Positions 1 through 7,680 of a stretch of 39,475 nt of DNA are shown here, piece after piece. The DNA is from an uncultured Lachnospiraceae bacterium. GTDB lineage: Bacteria > Bacillota > Clostridia > Oscillospirales > CAG-272. The notes beneath the pieces are model-generated. The model did not search any database and was not told the DNA's origin. It saw only the letters and a program-made list of their open reading frames with translations. Positions within the stretch are counted from its first letter, which is position 1, and each line of letters starts with the position of its first letter. The DNA is taken from the NCBI GenBank assembly GCA_964579105.1, contig CAZOFQ010000002.1, forward strand, positions 1 through 39,475, written 5' to 3'. The translations under genes and the position numbers were made by a program.

Positions 1-315
1 CACGTGCAGACACAGCGCCTTGACCACGTTCGAGTTGTTCTTGTAATCGATGGCAAGATTCTCGTACACGTCCTCGGAGAACAGCTTGCCTGCCTTTTCC
101 AGTGCGCGCACGTCCTCAAGGCACTGGGTCAGCTCCTCGCGCGTCACGTCGGGCATGTCCGCATATTTTTTCAGCAACGCCTCTAAGATCTGCTCCTCGG
201 TGTGGCTTTTGTAAAGCGCGATCACGTCGTACGCGACCTCGTCCACCGTATGCACCGAGCCGCTGCAGGTGTCCAGCACGATGTTGTATCCGTTCAATTT
301 GTATTGATGTACCAT
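1..315 (-). CDS. scfB: SCIFF peptide maturase (radical SAM/SPASM), N-terminal 105 codons; the gene runs off the left window edge
   Basis: Absent from the ORF track because there is no stop in the window. Reverse translation from the ATG at 315-313 gives MVHQYKLNGYNIVLDTCSGSVHTVDEVAYDV...NSNVVKALCLHV. This is the typical ScfB N-terminus and ends just before the CxxxCxxC radical-SAM motif. It lies directly downstream of the SCIFF precursor gene. Confidence 0.85.
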   Translation of the reverse strand, partial: MVHQYKLNGYNIVLDTCSGSVHTVDEVAYDVIALYKSHTEEQILEALLKKYADMPDVTREELTQCLEDVRALEKAGKLFSEDVYENLAIDYKNNSNVVKALCLHV

Positions 316-332
316 AATATTCCTCACAAAAT

Positions 333-359
333 AAAACGCCGCTTCGAAAGCGGCATTTT
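333..359 (-). terminator. Intrinsic terminator/attenuator hairpin between scfA and scfB
   Basis: On the minus-strand RNA the sequence is AAAAUGCCGC-UUUCGAA-GCGGCGUUUU followed by AUUUUGUG. It sits between the scfA stop (373-371) and the scfB start (315). Confidence 0.6.
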
Positions 360-370
360 ATCATACGTTA

Positions 371-514
371 TTACTTGTTGCTTTCGCAGTTCTGGTTGGC
401 AACGCCGCAAGAGGTCTTGCAAGCGGACTGGCAGGAAGTCTGGCACTCGCCGCAACCGCCCGTTTTCACGGTTTTTTGAATATCCTTGGTTTCAATGGTC
501 TTGATTCTGCTCAT
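371..514 (-). CDS. scfA: SCIFF (six cysteines in forty-five residues) ribosomal peptide precursor, 47 aa
   Basis: MSRIKTIETKDIQKTVKTGGCGECQTSCQSACKTSCGVANQNCESNK contains the hallmark GGCGECQTSCQSACKTSC core. A GGAGG RBS lies 7 nt upstream of the ATG at 514-512. The longer ORF-track start at 574 has no RBS. Confidence 0.95.
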   Translation of the reverse strand: MSRIKTIETKDIQKTVKTGGCGECQTSCQSACKTSCGVANQNCESNK

Positions 515-564
515 GGGAAAAGCCTCCTTGTCGATTTTACGCACACGCGCATGATGATAAAAAT

Positions 565-593
565 ATTGTAGCACACAAAGCGTGCGTTGTCAA
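565..593 (-). promoter_or_regulatory. Sigma-A type promoter for scfA
   Basis: The minus strand reads TTGACA (593-588), a 17-nt spacer, then TACAAT (570-565), about 50 nt upstream of the scfA start. Confidence 0.6.
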
Positions 594-625
594 TAAATTT
601 TTGAAAAAAGCACACGTAAAATGCG

Positions 626-1897
626 TTATTTTCTGACAGCGCCGTCGCCCCGCACCAGATATTTCACGGTGGTCAGCGCGTCAAGCCCCATGGGACCGCG
701 CGCGTGCAGCTTTTGCGTGGAGATGCCGATCTCCGCGCCAAAGCCGAACACCTCGCCGTCGGTAAAGCGTGTGGAGGCGTTGAGATAGACGGCGGCAGCA
801 TCCACCAGCGCGCAGAATTTTTCGGCAGCTGCTGTATCCTCGGTGAGGATCGCCTCGCTGTGGCGCGTGCCGAAGCGAGCGATGTGGGCAACCGCCTCCT
901 CGACGGAGCCCACCACCTTTACCGACATTACGTAGTCGTTATACTCGGTGGCAAAATCCTCCTCGGTCGCGGGAGTCGCCTCGGGGAGCAGCGCGAGCGC
1001 CTCGGGGCAGGCACGAAGCTCCACGCTCCACGCACGCGTTGCCTCAAAGAAGCGGGGCAGGAACGTGGCTGCGATGTCGCGGTGCACAAGCAGGCACTCC
1101 GCGGCGTTACACACTGAGGGTCGCTGACACTTGGCGTTCACGGCAACCGCGAGAGCCTTGTCAAGGTCTGCCGCCTTGTCCACGTAAACGTGGCAGTTGC
1201 CCGCCCCCGTTTCGATCACGGGGACGCGCGCGTTATCGACGCAGCTGCGAATAAGCCCCTTTCCGCCGCGCGGAATGAGCACATCCACAAGCCCGCGCAT
1301 TTGCATCAGTGCGTTGGCACTTTCACGCTCGGTGATCTCTACCAGTCCCACCACGTCGGGGCTGATGCCCACCGAGGAGAGCGCTTTTTTGATGGTGCTT
1401 ACCACGGCGCGATTGGTTTCGATCGCCTCCTTGCCTCCGCGTAGAATGACGGCATTGCCCGATTTGATGCAAAGCGCCGCCGCGTCTGCCGTGACGTTGG
1501 GACGCGCCTCGTAAATGATGGCAACCACGCCGAGTGGCACCTTGGTGCGGGTGATGGTGATGCCCGCGGGGCGCTCCCATGCCTCGCTGCCGCGTAAGGG
1601 GTCTGCAAGCGAGGTGAGGCTTTTCACTGCCTCTGCAATTGCACTCAGCCTTGCTTCGGTGAGCGTGAGACGGTCCAGCATCACGCGCGGTACGCCGTTG
1701 TCCTCCGCTGCGGCAAGATCGCGTGCATTTGCCGCAAGGATCTCTTGCCTTGAGGCGACGATCTCTGCGGCAACGGCAAGCAGCGCCTTGTTACGGGTCT
1801 CGTTATCGGCAAGCGCCAGCGTGGAGGCGGCGCTTCGTGCCGCCTCGCAAAGTGCACGAACGGCGGCTGCAACGTATTCCTTGCTCAATTCTTTCAT
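626..1897 (-). CDS. proA: Gamma-glutamyl phosphate reductase
   Basis: The 423-aa ORF has full-length ProA-like sequence (VPLGVVAIIYEARPNVTADAAALCIKSGNAVILRGGKEA..., NAAECLLVH, ASTRFTDG). No proB is adjacent. Confidence 0.93.
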   Translation of the reverse strand: MKELSKEYVAAAVRALCEAARSAASTLALADNETRNKALLAVAAEIVASRQEILAANARDLAAAEDNGVPRVMLDRLTLTEARLSAIAEAVKSLTSLADPLRGSEAWERPAGITITRTKVPLGVVAIIYEARPNVTADAAALCIKSGNAVILRGGKEAIETNRAVVSTIKKALSSVGISPDVVGLVEITERESANALMQMRGLVDVLIPRGGKGLIRSCVDNARVPVIETGAGNCHVYVDKAADLDKALAVAVNAKCQRPSVCNAAECLLVHRDIAATFLPRFFEATRAWSVELRACPEALALLPEATPATEEDFATEYNDYVMSVKVVGSVEEAVAHIARFGTRHSEAILTEDTAAAEKFCALVDAAAVYLNASTRFTDGEVFGFGAEIGISTQKLHARGPMGLDALTTVKYLVRGDGAVRK

Positions 1898-1918
1898 TTT
1901 ATAATATTTCCTTTCGCG

Positions 1919-2422
1919 TCAGTCACGCAAATAGATTTTTTCGATCTCGCAGATATACATGCGGTGGAAATCTCCCGCCTTGTAGCCTTCCAGCAGCTCG
2001 GGCAGCACAAAGGCGCTTTCTCTCAGGTCGTCCGCATAGAGCTTTTTGCAAAGCAGGACCAATCGCGCTTCGCTTACAAAGGGCGTGCCGTCCTCAAAGG
2101 CTGCGGTCAGCCCCGCGGCACGGAATTTGTCGGTGTCCCGCCCGCTTTTGCTGCCGCATATACGCAGTGCCGCGCGATATTCTTCGTCAAAAAAGGAGAG
2201 GGAGAGACGTTCATTTGCCTCGGTGAGCGTGAAGGTGTGGCGTTGCGGGCGGATGAAGCAGAATACCACGGGGCGATTCCACAAGATCCCCATACCGCCC
2301 CAGGAGGCGGTCATGGTGTTGACGCTGTCGGCGTCCCCTGCGGTGATCAGCGTCCAATCCTTGTCAAACAGATGGAAGACATTTTCTAATTCCTCGGCGG
2401 AAATACGGCGGAAATCCCTCAT
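1919..2422 (-). CDS. Flavin reductase-like (FMN-binding split-barrel) family protein
   Basis: MRDFRRISAEELENVFHLFDKDWTLITAGD...NTMTASWGGMGILWNRPVVFCFIRPQRHT is typical of the flavoredoxin/flavin reductase domain. The start was moved to the ATG at 2422, which has an AAAGGAGA RBS. Confidence 0.75.
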   Translation of the reverse strand: MRDFRRISAEELENVFHLFDKDWTLITAGDADSVNTMTASWGGMGILWNRPVVFCFIRPQRHTFTLTEANERLSLSFFDEEYRAALRICGSKSGRDTDKFRAAGLTAAFEDGTPFVSEARLVLLCKKLYADDLRESAFVLPELLEGYKAGDFHRMYICEIEKIYLRD

Positions 2423-2636
2423 GATCTCTCCTTTATATAAATAATGTATTGTCAGTATAGCACAAGCCTGTAAAAAAAGCAAGCACTTCATGTGATTTCA
2501 TAAGGCAAGAAAGAAAAAAGCGCGGCAATTGTGAACAAATATAAAATAAACCGTTTCCGTTTTATAATGTTTTCGGCGCAAATGAAAGGGGAACGGGGAA
2601 TTTTGCACAAATTTTATAAAATAAACAGAAAAGTGA

Positions 2637-2665
2637 TTGACAAGAAAGGTGTTTTTTGTTAAAAT
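2637..2665 (+). promoter_or_regulatory. Sigma-A type promoter upstream of the solute-binding protein gene
   Basis: TTGACA (2637-2642), a 17-nt spacer, then TAAAAT (2660-2665). This leaves a leader of about 90 nt before the ATG at 2760. Confidence 0.55.
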
Positions 2666-2759
2666 GTATGTGCGACTCGGAAAATCGGGGGTCCTCCCGT
2701 AATTTTCCATACTCTTAAAAAAGGAGGGTGTTCTCGCAATCCGCGAGGACCAAGCAAAC

Positions 2760-4310
2760 ATGAAAACTTTTGCCAGACTTCTTGCATTATTGCTTGCCTT
2801 GATCACCTGCGTTTCTATGTTCGCAGCATGTGATCAAGACGGCGACGGCGACGGCGGTAGCTCCGATTCCGGAGTGATTGATGACGCGTACGACGTCAAC
2901 GGCCGTCTGAAAGACGATCTGCCTTCCGACCTGAACTTTGAGGGCGAAGTGATCAAGGTTCTCGGTTGGAACTCCGAAGACCCCGAGTTCGAGGTGGAAA
3001 CTAAAACGGGAGATGTTGTAGAGGACGCAATCTATGATCGCAACGACCGAATTGAAGAAAGATTGAACGTAGAGCTCAAGTGGTACAGCCAGAACGGCGC
3101 CGGCGGATCGGAGACCACCGCCTTCACGCAGCACGTAGAGGCTCAGTTCAACACGGGCACCAAGATGTACGACATCATCGCTTCCTACTCTCGTACAATG
3201 GGCGTGCTCGCAGTGCAGGGCTTCCTTTACAACCTCGCTACCATTGAGGAGGACAATTATATCAACCTGGAGCAGCCCTGGTGGCCTGCACAGCTGGTAG
3301 AGACCGTGAACTTCGGTGACGCGTACTACTTCATTTCGGGTGATATGGCGACCTCCGTGCTTTACATGATGCACATGATCTACTTCAACAAGGATCTGTA
3401 TAAGCGCTACGGTGTGCAGGATACCGATCTGTACCAGCTGGTCTACGACGGTAAGTGGACGCTGGATAAGATGATCGAGCTGACCTCTCAGCGTTACGTT
3501 GACAGCGACAGCACCCCCGGTGCCTCCGCGAACGACACTTACGGCTTTATCTCCCTGCACTACATCTGCGACTCCTTCTATCCCGGCTCCAACCTACGCT
3601 TGGTGGATGACGATGATGATGATATGCTTGTTATTTCTGCCGATTACGGCTCCGCTAAAACGGTTAAGCTGATCAACAAGCTCGGTCAGTGGGCTGCCAC
3701 CGACGACGTATGGATCCACAACTCGAGTAAAGAGAGCTCGTCGACCCGTTCTGTCACGCAGGCGGCCTTCACCTCGGGTCGTGCCTTCATGACGCTGCAG
3801 CACTCTAAGGTTGGTAAAAACTACGCAGGTCTTACGTTTGGTATCGGCTTGATGCCCGTGCCGAAATATGACGAGAGCCAGGTCAACTACTACACAGGCA
3901 TGGGTAACCCCTGGTCCATCTACGGCATTTTCGTAGACTTTGACCAGCGCGGCGATAAGGATGCAACGCTCTCCATGCTCACCGCAGTGCTGGAGTGCTG
4001 GGCGTCCGAGGGCTACCGCTTGACCACGCCTGAGATCTTCGAGGTGAACATGCAGCTCAAGTATTCCGAGGGTCAGGACGAGACGAACATGTTCGAGTAC
4101 ATCCGTTCGGGTATTACCTTCGACTTGGGTAAGATCTTCTCGGCTGAGCTTTCCAACATGTGCGAGAAGACCTCCTACGCAATTTGTGAGAACGCCTCTT
4201 GGTCTTCCACTTACGCCGCTTACAAGACCTCTCTTAGCAAGCAGCTGGCGCAGATCGTTGAAAACTTCCGTCAATATCAGGCGGAGCGTGATAACTACGT
4301 AGCTTCGTAA
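2760..4310 (+). CDS. Extracellular solute-binding lipoprotein of an ABC transporter (large sugar/oligosaccharide family-1 type)
   Basis: 516 aa. It has a lipoprotein signal with a lipobox (LALITCVSMFAAC followed by DQDGDGDGG linker). Length and composition resemble LipO/LplA-like carbohydrate SBPs. No permease or ATPase genes are adjacent. Confidence 0.7.
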   Translation: MKTFARLLALLLALITCVSMFAACDQDGDGDGGSSDSGVIDDAYDVNGRLKDDLPSDLNFEGEVIKVLGWNSEDPEFEVETKTGDVVEDAIYDRNDRIEERLNVELKWYSQNGAGGSETTAFTQHVEAQFNTGTKMYDIIASYSRTMGVLAVQGFLYNLATIEEDNYINLEQPWWPAQLVETVNFGDAYYFISGDMATSVLYMMHMIYFNKDLYKRYGVQDTDLYQLVYDGKWTLDKMIELTSQRYVDSDSTPGASANDTYGFISLHYICDSFYPGSNLRLVDDDDDDMLVISADYGSAKTVKLINKLGQWAATDDVWIHNSSKESSSTRSVTQAAFTSGRAFMTLQHSKVGKNYAGLTFGIGLMPVPKYDESQVNYYTGMGNPWSIYGIFVDFDQRGDKDATLSMLTAVLECWASEGYRLTTPEIFEVNMQLKYSEGQDETNMFEYIRSGITFDLGKIFSAELSNMCEKTSYAICENASWSSTYAAYKTSLSKQLAQIVENFRQYQAERDNYVAS

Positions 4311-4326
4311 TAGACAGTTTATTCCA

Positions 4327-4367
4327 ATCTCCCCGCCGAGTTACGGCGGGGAGATTTTATTTTTTTC
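4327..4367 (+). terminator. Rho-independent terminator
   Basis: ATCTCCCCGCCG-agtta-CGGCGGGGAGAT followed by a T-run. Confidence 0.8.
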
Positions 4368-4429
4368 TTGACTTTCACCATGGTTTATGTTAAACTAAAC
4401 GTATCAACTATATAAAGGAAGAATGTTTT

Positions 4430-5308
4430 ATGATCTATACGCTTTCCAATGAATTGCTGTCTGTGAGGATCTCTGATATGGGGGCTGAGGTGCAGTCCGT
4501 TGTAGCAAAAAGCGACGGCTGTGAATATATCTGGCAGGGCGATCCGAAATATTGGGAGGGTCGCGCCCCCGTGCTGTTTCCCGTATGCGGACGCTTTCTT
4601 GACAACACCTATACTTACCGTGAAAAAAAGTATCAAATGGGTCTCCACGGCTTTGCCGCGGACTGTGCTTATGAGGTGAAAGCACAAAACGCCACCGCCA
4701 TTACCTTTTCCCTTAAGGATAATGAAACGACGAGAGCGCAGTATCCCTTTGCCTTTGAATTTGACGTAACCTACCGCTTGGAGCGTGACGTGCTGACGTG
4801 CGAGGTCGCCATTGTGAATTGCGGCAACGAGATCATGCCTGCCACCTTTGGCGCGCATCCCGGCTTCAACGTTCCTTTGGTAAAGGGTGCTGATTTTGAA
4901 AGCTATTATTTGCGATTTGGTAAGACCTGTAGCCCCAATCGGCTGCAGATCACGCCGAACGGGCACTACACGGGTAAGCAGCATGCACTTGCGCTGGAGG
5001 ATGGCGACACCTTGCGCTTGCACCATGAGCTGTTTGTCAGTGACGGCATTTTCATGAGTCGTATGGCGGATAGCGTAACGCTTTGCTCGGATAAGGATCC
5101 GCACGCTGTTACTGTGTCCTACAGCGGCTTTCCCTATCTTGGTATCTGGCAGGAATACGGTGCCGATACCCCGTTTATTTGTATCGAGCCCTGGTGTGGC
5201 ATGGCGTCCTATGACGGCGTTATCGAGGATCTGGAGAAGAAATGTGATATGTTCCACCTGCCTGCGGGTGGGCGGCAGGAGCTTTCCTACTCCATTCGCT
5301 TCCATTAA
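4430..5308 (+). CDS. Aldose 1-epimerase (galactose mutarotase-like) family protein
   Basis: 292 aa. LSVRISDMGAEVQSV...IWQGDPKYWEGRAPVLFPVCGRF...GLHGFA...FGAHPGFNVP is characteristic of the YihR/LacX-like aldose epimerase family. Confidence 0.8.
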   Translation: MIYTLSNELLSVRISDMGAEVQSVVAKSDGCEYIWQGDPKYWEGRAPVLFPVCGRFLDNTYTYREKKYQMGLHGFAADCAYEVKAQNATAITFSLKDNETTRAQYPFAFEFDVTYRLERDVLTCEVAIVNCGNEIMPATFGAHPGFNVPLVKGADFESYYLRFGKTCSPNRLQITPNGHYTGKQHALALEDGDTLRLHHELFVSDGIFMSRMADSVTLCSDKDPHAVTVSYSGFPYLGIWQEYGADTPFICIEPWCGMASYDGVIEDLEKKCDMFHLPAGGRQELSYSIRFH

Positions 5309-5312
5309 AAAA

Positions 5313-5535
5313 GGGGCTGTGTCATTGAGCGCCGAGCAAAAACACATAAAAAGAAAGCTGAAAAAGAAAGCCGCTTTCTCTGCCGAAACCGGCACAGAAG
5401 GCGGCTTTTTAGGTAGAAATTCTTGCGAATTTCAATTTTAATGTGTGTTTTTTAGGTGCGCTCTCGGCACTCGGCGTATTTTTATACGTCTATCGTGCCG
5501 AGATCACACCTTCTGCAGCTAAACGACTCAGCCCC
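5313..5535 (+). repeat. MITE-like structured intergenic repeat, copy A (forward)
   Basis: It aligns over its full length with 34359-34580 and with the reverse complement of 32218-32440. The ends are imperfect terminal inverted repeats (GGGGCTGTGTCATTGAGC / GCTAAACGACTCAGCCCC). There is an internal GC hairpin plus a T-run. Confidence 0.85.
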
Positions 5536-5547
5536 TGCTTTTTTTCA

Positions 5548-5790
5548 TCAGGCTTCGCTTTCGTCAGGCTCTGCGGTAGGCGCTTCCTCCTCGGGGGCGT
5601 CTTCGCAAATTTCCTCCTCCATCTCACAGAGGTCGCTCACAGGCTCCTCGGCTTCGGACACGGTATAGGTGTTGCAGAATTTGATCAAATTGCGGAAGAG
5701 TCTGTAAATGACAAAGGCGATGGTACACGCACTGGTGATAACGGCAAGTGTGATGGCAATGATCTTGCCATAGTTTGTTTTTTCGTTCAT
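5548..5790 (-). CDS. Small membrane protein with a strongly acidic C-terminal tail (hypothetical)
   Basis: 80 aa. One TM segment (IIAITLAVITSACTIAFVIY) is followed by an E/D-rich tail. An AAAGGAGA RBS lies 7 nt upstream of the ATG. Confidence 0.5.
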   Translation of the reverse strand: MNEKTNYGKIIAITLAVITSACTIAFVIYRLFRNLIKFCNTYTVSEAEEPVSDLCEMEEEICEDAPEEEAPTAEPDESEA

Positions 5791-5892
5791 GGGATGATCT
5801 CCTTTCTTGTAGTATATTTATTGTATCACAAAATTTTGTGTTTGTATAGAGAAATCAAAAAAATTTATATTTTTTTGAAAAAAAGAGGCAAT

Positions 5893-6663
5893 ATGGAAGA
5901 ATTCGGAAGCATAAAAAAGAGGCTGGAGGCAGGCGGCATTGAAAATGCGGATATACAAGCAAGACTGCTGTGCGAGCATTTTTCGGGCGAAGCGTTGTCC
6001 GTTGCCGCGCAGCGCGTTCTGTCGCACGAGCCGATCCAATACGTTTTGGGTGAATGGGGCTTTTATCGCGAGGTGTACGAGGTGAATGAGCATTGCCTGA
6101 TCCCTCGCCCCGACACCGAGCATCTGGTGGAAAAGGCTGTGCAAATGCTGCCAAACGGTGCGAGATTTCTCGATCTTTGTACGGGAAGCGGTTGTGTGGC
6201 GATCTCCACACTTGCCGCGCGAGAGGATGTGAGTGCCGTGGCTGTGGAGCTGTTCCCTGAAACGCTGGAGCTGGCGGCACGCAACGCGGCACGCAACGGC
6301 GTGGAACGGCGCATCAGCTTCCTGCGCGCAGACGTGTTGACCCCCCCGCCGCCCTTTTTGAAAAGCTTCGATGCCATTCTGTCCAATCCGCCGTATATCA
6401 ATAAAAAGGATATGCAAGCGTTAGCCCCCGAGGTGAGACGCGAGCCGCACGCCGCACTGTACGGCGGTGAGGATGGGCTTATGTTTTATCGCGCCATTCT
6501 GCGGCATTGGAGGGTGTTGCTAAAGCCTCACGGCGTGATCCTGCTTGAGATCGGCTACGATCAGGCAGAGCCTCTTCGCGCGCTTGCCGCAGAGCACGGC
6601 TTTTGCGCTACCGTTTATCGCGATTACGGCGGAAACGACCGCGTGGCGGTTTTACAAAAATAA
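5893..6663 (+). CDS. prmC: Peptide chain release factor N5-glutamine methyltransferase
   Basis: It has a SAM-binding motif LDLCTGSGCVAI and the NPPY catalytic motif (LSNPPYI). The true start is taken as the ATG at 5893 (MEEFGSIKK). The upstream part of the 406-aa track ORF is read-through of the repeat and of the antisense strand of the small gene. Confidence 0.85.
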   Translation: MEEFGSIKKRLEAGGIENADIQARLLCEHFSGEALSVAAQRVLSHEPIQYVLGEWGFYREVYEVNEHCLIPRPDTEHLVEKAVQMLPNGARFLDLCTGSGCVAISTLAAREDVSAVAVELFPETLELAARNAARNGVERRISFLRADVLTPPPPFLKSFDAILSNPPYINKKDMQALAPEVRREPHAALYGGEDGLMFYRAILRHWRVLLKPHGVILLEIGYDQAEPLRALAAEHGFCATVYRDYGGNDRVAVLQK

Positions 6664-6728
6664 CACACGGCATCTCCCCCGCATATGCTACCAAGGATCG
6701 ATTTTGGAGCATAGGCGGGGGGATTTTT

Positions 6729-7625
6729 ATGAGAATCTTGGTTTTGTTTGGCGGTGAAAGCGAGGAGCGAGAGGTCTCCTTACGTTCGGGTCAGCGGGTC
6801 ACGCAGGCATTGCTGCAAAACGGGCATGAGGTGACGGCGCTGGATTATGCGGAGAGAATAGCAGAGCTTGGCTTTTATGAAAAATGCCGTGCGGCAGACG
6901 CAGTGTTTCTTGCGTTGCACGGCGGTGCGGGTGAGGATGGCAGGCTACAGGCGGCACTTGAACGGGAGGGCGTTTTTCATTATAACGGCTCGGGTGCCGC
7001 GGCTTCGGCGTTGGCAATGCAGAAGTCGCGTGCAAAGAAGGTCGCTTTGGCGGCAGGCATTCCCGTGGCAAGGGGCGCGTTATGGATGCCAAACACCCCC
7101 TTTCCGTTTGATGAGCTTCCCGCTGTTGCCAAGCCCGAGTCGGGTGGCTCCAGCGTTGGGCTGCGTGTGCTGCAAAGCGAGCGCGATCTGCAAGGCTTCA
7201 CCCCGTCCGTGCCCTTTTTGTGCGAGGAATATCTTTGCGGCAGAGAATTTTCCGTCGGCGTGCTGGAGGGCGTTGCGCTTCCCGTGGTGGAATTGCGTCC
7301 CCGAGGGGGCACTTACGATTACGCGCATAAATACACCGCGGGTGCCACCGAGGAGATCTGTCCTGCTCCGATTGATGCTTTAAAAGCGCAGCAGCTGCAA
7401 GCACTGGCACAGCGCGCTTTTTTGGCATTGGGGCTTTGCGATTATGCTCGAATAGATTTTAAAGAGGATGCGGCGGGAGAGGCGCGCTTTTTAGAGGCGA
7501 ATACACTCCCGGGGATGACAGACACAAGTCTTTTTCCGCTTGCCGCCCGTGTGCGGGGGCTTTCCTTTGCTGCGCTGTGCGAAAAACTTGCACAAATGGC
7601 GGCGGCAAAGCGTTTGCGTGCTTGA
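6729..7625 (+). CDS. ddl: D-alanine--D-alanine ligase
   Basis: MRILVLFGGESEEREVSLRSG..., ATP-grasp motifs and C-terminal EANTLPGMT. The start is at the ATG at 6729. Confidence 0.9.
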   Translation: MRILVLFGGESEEREVSLRSGQRVTQALLQNGHEVTALDYAERIAELGFYEKCRAADAVFLALHGGAGEDGRLQAALEREGVFHYNGSGAAASALAMQKSRAKKVALAAGIPVARGALWMPNTPFPFDELPAVAKPESGGSSVGLRVLQSERDLQGFTPSVPFLCEEYLCGREFSVGVLEGVALPVVELRPRGGTYDYAHKYTAGATEEICPAPIDALKAQQLQALAQRAFLALGLCDYARIDFKEDAAGEARFLEANTLPGMTDTSLFPLAARVRGLSFAALCEKLAQMAAAKRLRA

Positions 7626-7680
7626 CAAATCGGAAAGGAAAGACTATAATGGAAGAAGATGTTAGAAAGGAGTGGACATT

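Noticed and set aside
2729-2764. An 11-codon upstream ORF (GTG...TGA overlapping the SBP ATG) behind the strong GGAGGG at 2724
   Set aside because: The GTG lies essentially adjacent to the Shine-Dalgarno, with about 0-1 nt spacing, which is too close for initiation. It is probably coincidental.
4385-5395. 336-aa minus-strand ORF
   Set aside because: It is a shadow ORF opposite the aldose-1-epimerase-family gene and extends into the repeat element.
5443-5892. N-terminal 150 codons of the 406-aa track ORF that contains prmC
   Set aside because: This part reads through the MITE-like repeat and the antisense strand of the small membrane-protein gene. PrmC homology starts at the ATG at 5893.
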